Shown here one piece after another: positions 38,965 to 51,257 of a stretch of 64,000 nt of DNA. A program made the translations under genes and the position numbers. The DNA is from an uncultured Acidobacteriota bacterium. GTDB taxonomy: Bacteria; Acidobacteriota; Thermoanaerobaculia; UBA5066; Gp7-AA6. Below the pieces are notes generated by a model that saw only the letters and a list, made by a program, of their open reading frames with translations, had not been told where the DNA came from and ran no database searches. Where the stretch lies: NCBI GenBank assembly GCA_963765835.1, contig CAVXYF010000010.1:68899-132898 (forward strand), read 5' to 3'. The first letter of the stretch is position 1. Each line of letters starts with the position of its first letter.

Positions 38965-39558
38965 TCAGGGCCGGTACGGCCGGCCATCCTTCGTGACGTC
39001 GAACTGCCCGGACTTCCCGCGCGGAATCGAAAGGGTCTGCCACCGCGGGCCCGCCAGGTGCTTCGCGAGAAACACGACCTGTCCGACGTGCCCCGCGTAG
39101 TGGGTGAGCTGCCGGTTGATGGCCTGGAGAACCGTGTGCGGTTCGCCGCGGATCGTGACGGTCCTCTGGAGGTCCTCGTCCGTCAGGGGTTCGAGCGCTT
39201 CGAAGAGGAGCCTCCACCCCGCCTCCCACCGCTCGAGAATCGAGTCCCTCGAATCCCCGTCGGTGTCCTCGAACTCGGAGTCGCGGTTGCGGTCCGGCTT
39301 TTCGCCGTCCGTGGTCAGGAAATCGGTCCACCGTGACCGCATGTTGCCCGAGATGTGTTTGAGAACGAGGCCGATCGAGTTCGACTCGGGATCGAGGCGC
39401 CGGAACCAGTCCCCGTCGGAGACCTGCGCGATGGCCTTGTCCGCGAAGCCCTTGTACTTCCGGAGTTCCGCGAGCGCGTCGGCGAGGTAGAGCCGCCCCA
39501 GCGAGTCTCTGTCGCGGGTCAGGCCGCCCCTGTCGGGGGTCAGGCCTTCAGTCGTCAT
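38965..39558 (-). CDS. DinB/DUF1572-like four-helix-bundle protein
   Basis: 197 aa. His spacing ...LKHISGN...LTHYAGHVGQVVFL typical of the DinB_2 metal-binding triad. Confidence 0.55.
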   Translation of the reverse strand: MTTEGLTPDRGGLTRDRDSLGRLYLADALAELRKYKGFADKAIAQVSDGDWFRRLDPESNSIGLVLKHISGNMRSRWTDFLTTDGEKPDRNRDSEFEDTDGDSRDSILERWEAGWRLLFEALEPLTDEDLQRTVTIRGEPHTVLQAINRQLTHYAGHVGQVVFLAKHLAGPRWQTLSIPRGKSGQFDVTKDGRPYRP

Positions 39559-39599
39559 GTCGAAATCTTCCTTCCTGCTCCCTGAAGGCCTTACCCCAT

Positions 39600-40073
39600 T
39601 CAAATCTTGCAGTGAGCGAGGCCGCGCTTCTCCAGGTACCGCTGGTGATAGTCCTCCGCGCGCCAGAACTGCGACGCCGCAGCGATCTCCGTGACGATCG
39701 GGCGGCGGAAGCGGCCGCTCGCATCGAGGCGCGCTTTCGACTCGGAGGCCGCCTTCTCCTGCTCCGGGCTGTGGAAGAAAATCGCCGACCGGTACTGCGT
39801 GCCGACGTCCGGGCCCTGCCGGTTCCTGGTCGTCGGGTCGTGGTTCTCCCAGAAGACGTCGAGCAGCTGGTCGTACGAAACTCGCGCCGGATCGAACTCG
39901 ACCTGCACGCTCTCGGCGTGGCCGGTCCGGCCGGTGCAGACGTCCTCGTACGTCGGATCGGGGAAACCGCCTCCGGAGTATCCGACCGCGGCGTCGAGCA
40001 CTCCCGGCACCTGCCGGAAAGCGACCTCGACCCCCCAGAAGCATCCGGCGGCGAAAGTGGCCTTTTCACTCAT
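39600..40073 (-). CDS. msrA: peptide-methionine (S)-S-oxide reductase
   Basis: [16 protein letters not shown] (GCFWG active site), 157 aa. Confidence 0.9.
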   Translation of the reverse strand: MSEKATFAAGCFWGVEVAFRQVPGVLDAAVGYSGGGFPDPTYEDVCTGRTGHAESVQVEFDPARVSYDQLLDVFWENHDPTTRNRQGPDVGTQYRSAIFFHSPEQEKAASESKARLDASGRFRRPIVTEIAAASQFWRAEDYHQRYLEKRGLAHCKI

Positions 40074-40150
40074 GTTCGCGGACTCCCTTCGTCTGCCGAA
40101 AATACTCCCGATACCGGCCCCGGGTTTCGGCGAAAGTGGCCCCGGCGTCT

Positions 40151-40561
40151 CTACCGAAGCCGGGCGCGGCCCCGCTCCCGGTGGACGCGCGCCCGCCGGA
40201 TGATGGAAGAGACGTCGTAGTCCGCGGGCGGTCGCATGGACCGCGCGTCGAGCCACCCCCGGATGCCCGGGATCAAGTGGTTCAGGTAGACGAGCTCCTC
40301 GGCCCAGGAGGGTCCGCACGCCGCGGAAGGACGGGCGGCTTCGAGCGAGTCGCGGGCGTCGGTCGCCGCGACCAGGGCCCGCTGCGCCGCGGCCACCGCC
40401 CCGGGGCTCTCCGGCCGCCTCCCTTCGAAGATGCGCACCGCTCCAACGGTCGCGGACGTCGCGCTGTCCAGGAGACAGACGCAATCCGCGCGCTCGTCGG
40501 CCGACGGCGCCGAGGCGGAGAGGAGCAGAAGGACCGTCCCGGCCAGCGCTGGCGCGTTCAC
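40151..40561 (-). CDS. small secreted hypothetical protein, GTG start overlapping the MBL gene stop
   Basis: [21 protein letters not shown] signal-like N-terminus. The GTGA overlap with the upstream gene suggests coupling. Confidence 0.35.
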   Translation of the reverse strand: MNAPALAGTVLLLLSASAPSADERADCVCLLDSATSATVGAVRIFEGRRPESPGAVAAAQRALVAATDARDSLEAARPSAACGPSWAEELVYLNHLIPGIRGWLDARSMRPPADYDVSSIIRRARVHRERGRARLR

Positions 40562-41391
40562 GCTTCCTCCCGCCAGCGCGCCACCGACGCCGGGAGCAAC
40601 TCTTCCAGCAGATACCCTGGAAATCGGGAGCGAAGCGCCTCCCCCGCGCCCGCGGGGTCCGCGGCTCTCGCGGCCTCCGCCACGGCGCGGTGATACCGGA
40701 GCTGATCGTCGAGGAGCTCCGGCCCCGCCGCGGCCCCGTGCCCCGGGACGTAGCTGCGCGCTCCCAGGCTGCGCAGGACGTCGAGACCCGCCTCCAGGTT
40801 CGCCAGCGCCGCGTCTTCGTAGTTGACGTGGTACGCGGTGGAGACGAGGTCCCCGCACACCGTAACGGACTCGCTCTCGAAGTGCACGATGCTGTCGCCG
40901 GCGGTGTGGCCCGGACCCGGGTGGAGCACTCGGATCACGCAGTCACCCAGGTCGAACGTCAGGACCTCGTCCTCGTAGTCGAGGGAGGGCCGACACGGTC
41001 GCGCGTCCGCGAAGAGATCCGCGAGCGCGGGAACCTTCCGCCGCGCGTCGATCAGCCCGGGATGTTCCGCGGCCATCGCCTCCTGGCAGGCGCGGTGCGT
41101 GACGATCGTCGCGTTCGTACCGCGGCCCGCGAACCAGCCGGCGCCGAGCGCGTGGTCGGTGTGGTGGTGGGTCAGTACGACGAACCGCACCGGGAGGCGC
41201 GTCTTCGTCGAGAGCGCCTCCTCCACGAGCCGGGCGTGGGACGGCGCGATGAGCGGGTCCACGAGAAGGACCGCCTCGCGCCCGACCACCGCCGTGCAGT
41301 TCGCGCCGTAGCTCGACTCGATTCGCTCGCCGCCGAGCGTCCAGACCCAGACGTTGTCGCGAAGCTCGGTCTCGCGGAGTCTAGCGTCCAC
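40558..41391 (-). CDS. MBL-fold metallo-hydrolase
   Basis: [13 protein letters not shown] (HxHxDH), later [10 protein letters not shown] and PGHG. Confidence 0.85.
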   Translation of the reverse strand: MDARLRETELRDNVWVWTLGGERIESSYGANCTAVVGREAVLLVDPLIAPSHARLVEEALSTKTRLPVRFVVLTHHHTDHALGAGWFAGRGTNATIVTHRACQEAMAAEHPGLIDARRKVPALADLFADARPCRPSLDYEDEVLTFDLGDCVIRVLHPGPGHTAGDSIVHFESESVTVCGDLVSTAYHVNYEDAALANLEAGLDVLRSLGARSYVPGHGAAAGPELLDDQLRYHRAVAEAARAADPAGAGEALRSRFPGYLLEELLPASVARWREEA

Positions 41392-41680
41392 GGGCCGCCC
41401 AGGGGCGCAGCGGAAAGTACTCGGGCACGGCGGTCCGCGACGCGTGGCTCGCCCGGACGAGCCGCCGGCGCGTGAGGTGTTTCACCGCGGCCTGGACGGC
41501 GCTCTTGGAGACGGCCAGGTCGTCCGCGATCTTCTGGTGACTGACGCGGACGCTCTTCCGGGCACCGGACGTGCGGGTCCAGAGGTAGAGGTAGACCGCG
41601 AACGCGACGGGCCGGCGGTCGCGGCCCACGAGGTCCGGCATCAGAGTTTCCAGGATGTAGGGGTCGAGCGAGATCGCCAT
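41381..41680 (-). CDS. winged-helix DNA-binding protein, probable transcriptional regulator of the downstream MBL gene
   Basis: 99 aa. VSHQKIADDLAVSKSAVQAAVKHLTRRRLV (HTH). 11-nt overlap with the MBL gene. Confidence 0.55.
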   Translation of the reverse strand: MAISLDPYILETLMPDLVGRDRRPVAFAVYLYLWTRTSGARKSVRVSHQKIADDLAVSKSAVQAAVKHLTRRRLVRASHASRTAVPEYFPLRPWAARGR

Positions 41681-41744
41681 CTTGCGCAGCTATATTACTG
41701 AATGATATAGCAGTTACCAACTAATGCGGATCTGACCCCCTCGA

Positions 41745-41782
41745 GCAAGTCGCGGGGACAGGCCCCGCGGGCCTGCACCCGC
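41745..41782. repeat. repeat family 2, locus C (single unit GCAAGTCGCGGGGACAGGCCCCGCGGGCCTGCACCCGC)
   Basis: Read directly. It is upstream of the wHTH regulator gene. Confidence 0.6.
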
Positions 41783-41792
41783 ATCCTGATTT

Positions 41793-42539
41793 TCAGACCC
41801 GCCCCACTTTCACCGCCAGCGGCCACGCGATCCGGCGGGGTGACCCGCGGTCTCCCCAGAGCGGCGTGAGCGCCTCCGCAAATGCGGGCACCGGGTCTTC
41901 CTTCCTCGCCTCGCGAAACCGCGTCACGGCGGACCAGGTGGACACGTATCCCACGAGAGCGTCGAGCGTCCACCGCGTCTCCATCTCGAACGCGGGCGGT
42001 GCCACCTCGGTGAAGGGAAAGTCGATCGTGCGATACCCCGCGTCCACGAGGGCGCGCTCCTCCGGCCAGAAAGGTCCGACGGTCTCGGAGTAGAAACGCC
42101 GCAGGACGGAGTCCGCGCGTGCCTCGTCGATCGAGGGATGCCCGTAGGTCCACGCTGCCACGACCCCGCCCGGCCGCACGACCCGCCGCGCCTCCGCGTA
42201 GAACGCGGGCCGGTCGAACCAGTGGAGCGCCTGCGCGACCGTCAAAGTATCGACCGACCCCGGATCCAGGCCGCTCGCCTCCGCCGTCCCGACCCGGTAC
42301 TCCACGCGTGGATGCGGGGTCGCCGACGCGATCTGCCCGGCGCTCGCGTCCGTGGCGATCACGCGGTCGAATCGCGAAGCGAGGGCGACCGCCGCCTGCC
42401 CCGAGCCGGTCGCGCAGTCCCAGGCGAGGCCCCGATGCTCGGCCAGCGCGGCGAGCCAGTCGAAGAGCGCGTCGGGGTAACGGGGGCGGAACTCGGCGTA
42501 CTGCGACGCGACACTCGAGAAGTGATCGGAGAACCCCAT
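41793..42539 (-). CDS. class I SAM-dependent methyltransferase
   Basis: WDCATGSGQAAVALA (motif I), VDTLTVAQALHWF. Confidence 0.8.
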   Translation of the reverse strand: MGFSDHFSSVASQYAEFRPRYPDALFDWLAALAEHRGLAWDCATGSGQAAVALASRFDRVIATDASAGQIASATPHPRVEYRVGTAEASGLDPGSVDTLTVAQALHWFDRPAFYAEARRVVRPGGVVAAWTYGHPSIDEARADSVLRRFYSETVGPFWPEERALVDAGYRTIDFPFTEVAPPAFEMETRWTLDALVGYVSTWSAVTRFREARKEDPVPAFAEALTPLWGDRGSPRRIAWPLAVKVGRV

Positions 42540-44996
42540 GACTCGATTTAGACTAATCGCAGTCGTGCCCTCCCCGCGCCGTTCACCACGGGAGATCCCG
42601 GTCTCCAGCCTTCTCGTGGTGCTCGGAGTCGCCGTCTTCTACGTCCTGGCTGCGCGACTCGGGCTCGCGCTCGCGCTCCAGGCGCCGCAGGTCAGCGCGG
42701 TCTGGCCGCCGACGGGTCTGGCGCTCTTTGCGCTCCTCCGATACGGACGGCGAGCGGCCGCCGGCGTATTCCTGGGGGCGTTCTTCGCGAACGCCACGGC
42801 GGAGGAGCCGCTGTGGGTGGCGGCCGGAATCGCCATCGGCAACACGCTCGAAGCGATCGTCGGCACCGCCATCCTTCGCCGCCTCGGCTTCGACGAGCGA
42901 CTCGTCCGGCCTCGTGACGCTCTGGCTCTCCTCGGCGCCGCGCTGGCGAGCCCCGTGGTGAGCGCGACGATCGGCGTCTTCTTCCTCGGCGCCGGCCAGG
43001 TTCAACCTCCCGGCAGTCTGCCCGACCTCTGGCGGGTGTGGTGGGTCGGCGACGCGCTCGGCGCTCTGATCCTGGCGCCACTCCTTCTCACGTGGACGCA
43101 CCGGTGGGCCTTCACGCGCCGCCGGTGGTGGCTGGCCGAGGGCCTCGCTCTGCTGGCCGGCCTGGTCGTCGTCGCCTCCCTCGCGTTCAGAGATCGCTCG
43201 CCCACGCTGGCCCTCGAGTACCTTGCCTTTCCGTTTCTGATCTGGGCGGGGCTTCGATTCGGCCCTCCCGCCACGGCAACCGTGACGGCGGCGACGTACG
43301 CCGTCGCGGTCTGGGCAACCCACGGCGGCCTCGGGCCGTTTGCCGGCTCGGGCCCGGAAGGCGGCCTCATTCCGCTCCAGGTGTTCATGGGCGTGGTCGC
43401 CATGACGGGGCTTCTCTTCGGAGCGATTGCCTCGCAGCACCGGCAGGCGCGGGAGAGCGCGCAGCTCTCGGAGCGCCGTCTCCTCCTCGCGCTGAACGCA
43501 GCGCGGATGGGCGTGTGGGACTGGGACCTCGCGACCGGCGAGGTCCGGTGGTCGGGGGAGCTCGAGCCGCTCCACGGCATGCCGCGAGGAGGATTCGCCG
43601 GAACGTACGAAGCGTTCCACGCGATGATCCATCCGGACGACCGCGATCGCGTCGAGTCCGCAATTAGAAAGTCGATCGAGGGAGGCGCGCCGTACGAGGA
43701 GGAGTTCCGCATGGTGGGGGCCGACGGCGTCACGCGCTGGACGGACGCTCGCGGCCAGGTCGTCCAGGACTCGGACGGCAAACCGATCCGCATGGTCGGA
43801 GTGGGAATCGACGTGAGCCGGCAGAAGCGCCTGGAGGAAGAGCTGCGCCAGCAGACGGGGGAGATGCGGGAGGCGGACCGGCGCAAGGACGAGTTCCTCG
43901 CGATGCTCTCGCACGAGCTGCGCAATCCGCTCGCTCCGATCCTTCACGCGGTCGACCTCCTCGGCCACGACGATCCCGAACGGGCATCCAAGGCCCGGGA
44001 AATCATCGGCCGTCAGTCCGCGCACCTCACGCGGCTGGTGGACGATCTCCTCGACGTCTCGCGAATCACCCGCGGCACGGTGCGCCTGGACCGGCGGCCG
44101 GTGGCGGTGAAGGACGTCCTGGACGGCGCGATCGACACGTGGCGCCACCTGATCGCGCAGCGGCGGCAGCAGCTGTCGGTCGAGCTGCCGGACGAACCGC
44201 TCTCCGTGGACGCCGATCCAACGCGGCTGGCGCAGGTCATCGCCAACCTGCTGCACAACGCGGCCAAGTTCACGCCGGAGGGGGGCCGGATCGCAGTCAC
44301 CGCTGCGGAGGAGGACGGACGGGTCGCGCTCGTGGTCCGGGACGACGGTCCGGGCATCGCTCCCGAACATACCGAGCGGATCTTCGAGCTCTTCGCACAG
44401 GGACCGCCGTCGCTCGACCGGCCCCTGGGGGACTCGGCCTGGGCTTGACGCTCGCGCGCCGGCTCGCCGAGCTCCACGGCGGCACGCTCGAAGCCGCGAG
44501 CGCGGGCGCCGGCCGCGGGAGCGAGTTCGTGGTGCGCCTGCCCCGGGCGTCGCCGGCGGGGGCCGAGGCCGCGCCCGGGGAGGCGAAGATCGCGTACGCC
44601 CGGGCCGCGCGCGTCTCCCACTCGGGGCGGCGCGTCCTCGTCGTCGACGACAACGCCGACGCGCGCGAAGCCCTGAAGCTACTGCTCGAAGACGAGGGGC
44701 ACGAGGTGGAGAGCGCGGGCGACGGACCGAGCGCTCTCGAATCGGCGGTGAGCTCTCCGCCGGAGGTGGTCCTGCTCGACATCGGACTGCCCGGCATGGA
44801 CGGTTACGAGGTCGCCCGGGCGCTGCGGTCCATCCCGGGTTGCGAGCGAGCGTTCATCGTCGCGGTATCCGGATACGGACAGGCCGAGGACCGCGAGCGA
44901 TCCCGGATCGCGGGGTTCGACCAGCATCTCCTGAAGCCCGTGGCTCCGGAGGTGCTCCTGGAGATCGTCCGGCGGCCGGTTCCGAAAGCGAGCTGA
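42538..44996 (+). CDS. hybrid sensor kinase (MASE1 membrane domain-PAS-HisKA-HATPase-REC); one frameshift near 44430
   Basis: N-terminal about 8 TM segments typical of MASE1. PAS (MGVWDWDLATGEVRWS), H-box SHELRNPLAPI. HATPase G-box GLGLGLTLARRL and REC (VLVVDDNADAREAL) are in the +1 frame after approximately 44430. Confidence 0.8.
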
Positions 44997-45014
44997 GGCG
45001 AGCGCCGCGGAAGC

Positions 45015-48000
45015 CTACGCGACGCGCACGTGCGTCCGCGCGCCCGGCGCGACGCGGTCGTCCGGAGTCAGGATCCCGCGGAAGTTCAGCGGGTCCGCGG
45101 CCGACACCTCCAGAGGGGCGACGTCCCGGCGGCGCCGGACCGCGCGCAGGAGCGTGATCGCCTCGGCCAGCGCGTATTGCTCGCCGTCGAAGCCCTCCAC
45201 GAATCGGCCGCCCCGCACCTCGCCGCGCGCCTCCATCGTCCGGAGGACGCGCGTCAAGTCGCGCCACGGGACCGGCTGCTTCTCGCGGGCGAGCGTCTTC
45301 CGGAAGACCACCCCGGTCCGGGCGAGCAGCCTCCGCGCCATGAACTCCGCGGCCTCGGTCGAGGAGGCAGCCGGCGACTCGCGCGGCAGGATGCTCCAGC
45401 GCCCCGACGTGAGCGCGCCGGGCCGCCGCCTCCAGGACGGGACGAGAAACCAGCGCAGACCGCTGAAGGAGTCGCACGTGACGTGTCCCAGCGCGATCAG
45501 CTCGGTCAACCCCTCCTCGACGAGGTCGCGCGGGAAACCCGTCGCGCGGGAGAGCTCGGGAAGAAACATCGCCCCGCGGGAACGGAGCGCCTCCGCAACC
45601 TCCGCGGCGGTCCTCGTGGGCTCGCGGCGCGGACCCGAAGCCTCGGCGAGAGCGGCGAGCGACGTCCACGAGTCCAGGTCTTCGCGCATCACCAGGCACA
45701 CCGGCGTGCGGCGGATGACCGAGGCGCTCGAGCCCCACAGCCGGGCCCAGGCCACCTCGCCCGAAGAGGTGAGCTGGTCCAGCCACTCGCGCCGGTAGCC
45801 GCGAACGCGCGCCGGAAGGACGGTGGCCTCCCACGCCGCGGCGGGAACGTCGAAGCCCGCGAGCTGCCGGATGGCCTCGGCCACGCCGCGCGGACCGTCG
45901 AGGTGGTGCTCGGAGTCGGCGTGCTGCCAGCAGGCGAGGAACCGCAGGAGCTCCGCCGCGGTGACGGGCGCGATCTCGCGGCGCAGCCGGTCGAGCGTGT
46001 CGTGGTGGATGCGGGCGAGGAGGCGCCGGTCGCACCACGCCTGCCGGCCGTCGATCCGCGTGCGGAGAACCACGCCCTCCCCCTCGAGCTCCGAGAGCAG
46101 CGGGTCGTCGCTCACGATCGGACCCACGGCCTCCAGCCGCCCGCGCAGGACCGCCTTCGGATCGCGCGACGCCTCCGCCGCGAACCAGCGGTCGCCCTCG
46201 AGCGCGACGCGACCGCCGCTCGCCAGCTCGTTTAGCCACGCCTGCCAGGGTCTTCCCTCCTCCTCCGTGACGTAGCCCATCCAGAGCAGAGCCTCGTGCA
46301 CCTCCTCGGCGTCCGCGGGCTGAGGCCACGCCTGCTCGCGGACGCGCGCGATGGCGTCGGGATCGAGCGACCCGAGCTCGTCGGCGGTGCGCGGATCGAG
46401 GACGCGGCGGGAGTGAACTGCCTGCGTGCGGCGCTCCTCGAGCGGCGCGTCGTCTAAGAACGAGTACGGCTGGGACGACAGGATCCCGCGCGCGAACGAC
46501 GAGGGCTCGACCGTGTCGATCGCGCGCTTCTCGATCGAGCCGTCCTTCAGTCCGCGCAGCACTTCCAGGAAGCCGTCCACGTCCATCGCCTCCGTCAGGC
46601 AGTCCTCGACGGTCTGGGCGACCACGGGGTGCTCCATCGGAACGGGGATCGGTCCACCCGGCAGAGTCTCGGGGCACGCGAGCACCTGCGGGAAGGCCGC
46701 GGCGAGGAGGTCGGCCGCCTTCATCCGAACGAGGTTGGCCGGGACTCTCTTACCGTTTCGCGACCGCTCCAGCAGCAGCGACCGCTGGAGCGTTCCAGCG
46801 CCACCGGGTTTCGAACATGGGCGCCGGCAGCAGCGCCTGGACGAGGACGTCGCGCGCGCTCGACGGGTGGAGGTAGTCGAAGACGTCCGACAGCGGAAAG
46901 CTGTGCTGCGTGCCGAGCGAGAGGACGATCGACTCCTCGTTGGCCGCGGCCTGCAGCTCGAAGCCGAAGCCGACGCAGAACTTCTTGCGCAGCGCGAGAC
47001 CCCATGCGCGGTTGATCCGGGAACCGAACGGCGCGTGCACCACGAGCTGCATGCCGCCGCTCTCGTCGAAGAAGCGCTCGAGGATGACGCACTTCTGCGA
47101 CGGCACCGCGCCCAGGACCTGGCGACCGGACTCGACGTAGTCCGCGATCTGCACGGCCGCGCCGGCGGGGAGCGCGTCGCCGCACTTCCCCTGGAGGGAG
47201 GCGATCGCCTCGGTCTCCGAGCCGGTGCACTCCTCGCGCAGCGCGCCGATCTCGGCGGCGAGCTCGCGCGTGCGCCCGGGCCCCTCGCCCAGCCAGAACG
47301 GCAGGCTCGGCGGCTGACCTTTCGCGTCCGCGACCCGCACCACGCCCGGCTCGACGCGCAGGATCCGCCACGATGCGTTGCCCAGCTGGAAGATGTCGCC
47401 GCCGTTCGACTCGATGGCCCAGTCCTCGTTGACCGTGCCGACGACGGTGCCCTCCGGCTCCAGCTTCACCTGGTAGTCCGCGGTGTCCGGGATCGCGCCG
47501 CCCGAGAGCAGCGCGGTCAACCGCGCCCGGCGCGTCGCCATCAACCGCCGGTTCACGCCGTCCCGGTGAAGGAGGGCGCTGCGCCCCTTCGTGTGGAGCG
47601 CGACCACCCGATCGAAGTCGCTCCGGTCGAGGTCGCGATAGGGCCACGCGCTCCGCAAAGTGTCGAAGAGCCGCTCCTCGTCCCACGCCTCGGCGACGCA
47701 GGCCGCCACGACCTGCTGCGCGAGGATGTCGAGCGGCCGCGGAGGCATCGGGGTCCGGTCGAGCACCGCGCCGCGGATGCACCGCAGGAGGGCCGCGCCC
47801 TCGACGAGCTCGTCCAGCGTGAGCGGGAAGAGACGTCCCTTCGGAGTCTTGCGGAGCGCGTGCCCGGCCCGGCCCACGCGCTGGAGGAGCGTCGCGATCG
47901 ATCGCGTCGCGCCGACCTGGATGACGAGGTCCACGTCGCCGATGTCGATTCCGAGCTCGAGAGACGCCGTGGCGACGAGGGCCCGCAGCCTCCCCGCCTT

Positions 48001-48930
48001 GAGACGCTCCTCGGCGTCCAGCCGGCGCGGTCGCGAGAGGCTGCCGTGGTGGCTCGTGACCGCGTCCTCGCCCAGCAGCCGGGTCAGCTGCGCCGCGATG
48101 CGCTCCGCCATCTTCCGCGTGTTGACGAAGACGAGCGTCGTCCGGTGTTCCCGCACCAGCACTGCCATGCGCTCGTAGATCTCGGCCCACTGCTCGTGCG
48201 AGCACACCGCGGTCAGCGGCGACGGCGGGATCTCCACCGCGAGGTCGAGGTCCCGGAACGTTCCCGCGTCGACGAGCGTGCACTCGCGCCCCGCGCCCAC
48301 GAGGAAACGTCCCACGTCCTCGAGCGGCTTCTGCGTCGCTGACAGTCCCACCCGCTGCACCGGGCGTCCGGCCAGGCTCTCGAGCCGCTCGAGGGAGAGC
48401 GAGAGATGGCTGCCGCGCTTGTCGCGAACGAGCGCGTGGATCTCGTCGATGATGACGGTGCGGACCGTCCGGACCATTCCGCGGCCGCCGTCGCTCGTCA
48501 GGAGCAGGTAGAGCGACTCCGGCGTCGTCACGAGGATGTGCGGAGGCCGGCGCGTCATGGCGGCCCGTTCGCTCGCGGGCGTATCGCCAGTGCGAACCAG
48601 GACGCGCACCTCCGGGATGGACGGGTCGCTTTCACGGATCTCGGCCAGCGGGCCCTGCAGGTTTTTCTGGACGTCGTTGGAGAGCGCCTTGAGCGGCGAC
48701 ACGTAGAGGACCTGCGTTTCGTCGGCGAGCGCCGGCCCCTGCCGGATGAGCGAATCGATGGCCGACAGAAATGCGGCGAGCGTTTTCCCCGACCCGGTCG
48801 GCGCGGCGATCAGGACGTGGAGACCGTCGCGGATCGGAGGCCAGCCGTCGCGCTGGGGCGCGGTCGGCTCGCCCAGGCGCGAGGCGAACCAGTTCCGGAC
48901 GGCGGGATGGAACGGGGAAAGTGGCGTCAC
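45015..48930 (-). CDS. lhr: Lhr-type large ATP-dependent helicase; one frameshift near 46790
   Basis: N-terminus [21 protein letters not shown] box (VIIDEIHAL), SAT. The 3' ORF continues the Lhr C-terminal domain. The two ORFs join via a 1-nt shift at ...RWRWNA|LQRS... Confidence 0.8.
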
Positions 48931-49066
48931 CGGATCACCGGGACGGATCTTAACCGCGGCCCGGTCCGGCGTGTTTCGGGGTCACACGCACGCGACCCCG
49001 GAATCGGTTACCATCCGGACTTCCACACAGATCCGGGGCCGCGGAACCCTTATTGGAGTGATCCTC

Positions 49067-51244
49067 ATGAACCGACGACGTCGGCAGGCTTTCCTGTTGT
49101 CCCTTCTTTTCGTCGCCGTCTCGGCGGTTGTTCACGCGCAGAACGCACCCGTTACGATCAACGTCGACCCGACTGCCAACCGCCATCCGATCGATCCCCG
49201 CGTGTACGGGATCGCGCACGCGGACGCCGCGACCCTGAACGACCTGAACGTCCCGCTGAACCGCAGCGGCGGAAACAACACCACGCGTTACAACTGGCTG
49301 GCCAACGCGGACAACCGCGCGAACGACTGGTACTACGAGTCGATCGCCTACCCGAGCGCGGTCGCCGGAGAGGTCGGGGACACCTTCATCTCGAATACGA
49401 AAGCCGCGGGCGCCGCGCCCATGCTCACCATCCCGATGGCGGGATGGGTCGCCCGGGTCGGCTCGAACCGCTCGAAGCTCGCGAGCTTCTCCATCGCCAA
49501 GTACGGTCCGCAGACCGGCAACGACTGGCAGTGGTTCCCGGACGCCGGAAACGGGATCCGGACCAGCGGCGCCTTCGTCACCGGAAACGACCCGAACGAC
49601 GCTAACGTGCCGGCGGACTCGATCTTTCAGAAGGCGTGGATGGACCACCTCGTGGCGAAGTGGGGTCTCGCGTCGAACGGCGGCCTGCGCTACTACATCC
49701 TCGACAACGAGCCGAGCATCTGGCACTCGACGCACCGGGACATCCACCCGACCGGAGCGACGATGCAGGAAGTGCGGGACAAGGTCTTCGACTACGCCGC
49801 GAAGGTGAAGGCGGCGGACCCGTCTGCGCTCGTCGTCGCGCCGGAGGAGTGGGGCTGGAGCGGCTACACGCTCTCCGGTTACGACCAGCAGTGGGGCGGC
49901 CTGCACGGCTGGAGCAACCTGCCCGACCGCGCCGCGAACGGCGGTTGGGACTACCTCCCCTGGCTCCTCGATCAGCTCCGGCAGCGGAACGTGCAGACGG
50001 GTCAGCGGCTCATCGACGTTTTCACCGTCCACTACTACCCGCAGGGAGGGGAGTTCAGCAACGACGTCTCCTCGTCGATGCAGCTGCGCCGCAACCGTTC
50101 GACGCGGTCCCTCTGGGATCCGTCCTACGTCGACGAGACGTGGATCGCGGACATCGTGAAGCTCGTGCCCCGGCTGAAGGGCTGGGTCGCGACGTACTAC
50201 CCCGGAACGCAGGTCGGAATCACCGAGTACAACTGGGGAGCCGAGGGCCACATCAACGGCGCGACCGCGCAGGCCGACATCTACGGAATCTTCGGCCGCG
50301 AGGCTCTCGACGTCGCGGCGCGCTGGACGACGCCGGCGGCCAATACGCCGACGTACAAGGCGATGAAGATGTACCGGAACTACGACGGCAGCAAGAAGGG
50401 CTTTGGCGAGACGAGCGTGAAAGCCGCGGCGCCGAACCCCGACACCGTCGCGTCATTCGGCGCCGTCCGATCCTCCGACGGCGCGCTGACCGTGATGCTG
50501 ATCAGCAAGTACCTGTCGGGATCGACTCCGGCGACCGTGTCACTGGCGAACTTCCCCTCGGTCGGTCCGGCGCAGGTCTGGCAGCTGACCGCGTCGAACG
50601 CGATCAACCGCCTCGCGGACCTTCCGGTCTCCGGATCGAGCGTCGTCGTCAACCTGCCCGCTCAGAGCGTGACGCTGCTCGTGGTTCCGCCGGGAGGTGG
50701 CGGCGGAAACCAGTCGCCCGTGGCCCGCGCGACCGCGTCGCCCTCGTCCGGCGTGGCGCCGCTCGCCGTCTCGTTCAACGGCACAACGTCGTCGGATCCC
50801 GACGGCTCGATCGCCTCGTGGGCCTGGGCCTTCGGCGACGGCGGCACGGGCACCGGCTCGACGGTCTCGCACACGTACGCGGCCGCCGGCGCCTACACCG
50901 CGCGGCTGACCGTGACGGACAACCAGGGCGCGACGAATTCGGCCTCCGTGCCGATCTCCGTGACTGCCAACTCCGTCGCTGCGCCGAGCAACCTGACGGC
51001 CACGGTCTCGGGGAAGAACGTCACGTTGCGCTGGAACGACAACTCCGCCAACGAAACCGGTTTCTACGTCGAGCGCGCGCCGCGAGGCGGTGCGTTCGCG
51101 CGAATCGCCACAGTCGGGGCGAACGTCGTGACTTATATAGAGACAGTGAGCAAGGGGCAGTACGGGTACCGCGTCCAGGCGTTCAACTCGGCGGCCGGGC
51201 AGGTCTCGACCTACTCCAACCACGTGCAGGCCAAGGTGCACTGA
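49067..51244 (+). CDS. secreted glycoside hydrolase (GH44-like catalytic region) with C-terminal PKD and fibronectin-III domains
   Basis: Signal peptide MNRRRRQAFLLSLLFVAVSAVVHAQ. ~540-aa catalytic region (GGNNTTRYNW, ITEYNWG). PKD-like block (PVARATASPSSGVAPLAVSFNGTTSSDPDGSIASWAWAFGDGGTGTGSTVSHTY), Fn3-like end. Confidence 0.65.
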   Translation: MNRRRRQAFLLSLLFVAVSAVVHAQNAPVTINVDPTANRHPIDPRVYGIAHADAATLNDLNVPLNRSGGNNTTRYNWLANADNRANDWYYESIAYPSAVAGEVGDTFISNTKAAGAAPMLTIPMAGWVARVGSNRSKLASFSIAKYGPQTGNDWQWFPDAGNGIRTSGAFVTGNDPNDANVPADSIFQKAWMDHLVAKWGLASNGGLRYYILDNEPSIWHSTHRDIHPTGATMQEVRDKVFDYAAKVKAADPSALVVAPEEWGWSGYTLSGYDQQWGGLHGWSNLPDRAANGGWDYLPWLLDQLRQRNVQTGQRLIDVFTVHYYPQGGEFSNDVSSSMQLRRNRSTRSLWDPSYVDETWIADIVKLVPRLKGWVATYYPGTQVGITEYNWGAEGHINGATAQADIYGIFGREALDVAARWTTPAANTPTYKAMKMYRNYDGSKKGFGETSVKAAAPNPDTVASFGAVRSSDGALTVMLISKYLSGSTPATVSLANFPSVGPAQVWQLTASNAINRLADLPVSGSSVVVNLPAQSVTLLVVPPGGGGGNQSPVARATASPSSGVAPLAVSFNGTTSSDPDGSIASWAWAFGDGGTGTGSTVSHTYAAAGAYTARLTVTDNQGATNSASVPISVTANSVAAPSNLTATVSGKNVTLRWNDNSANETGFYVERAPRGGAFARIATVGANVVTYIETVSKGQYGYRVQAFNSAAGQVSTYSNHVQAKVH

Positions 51245-51257
51245 CGACGCGGTCGAG

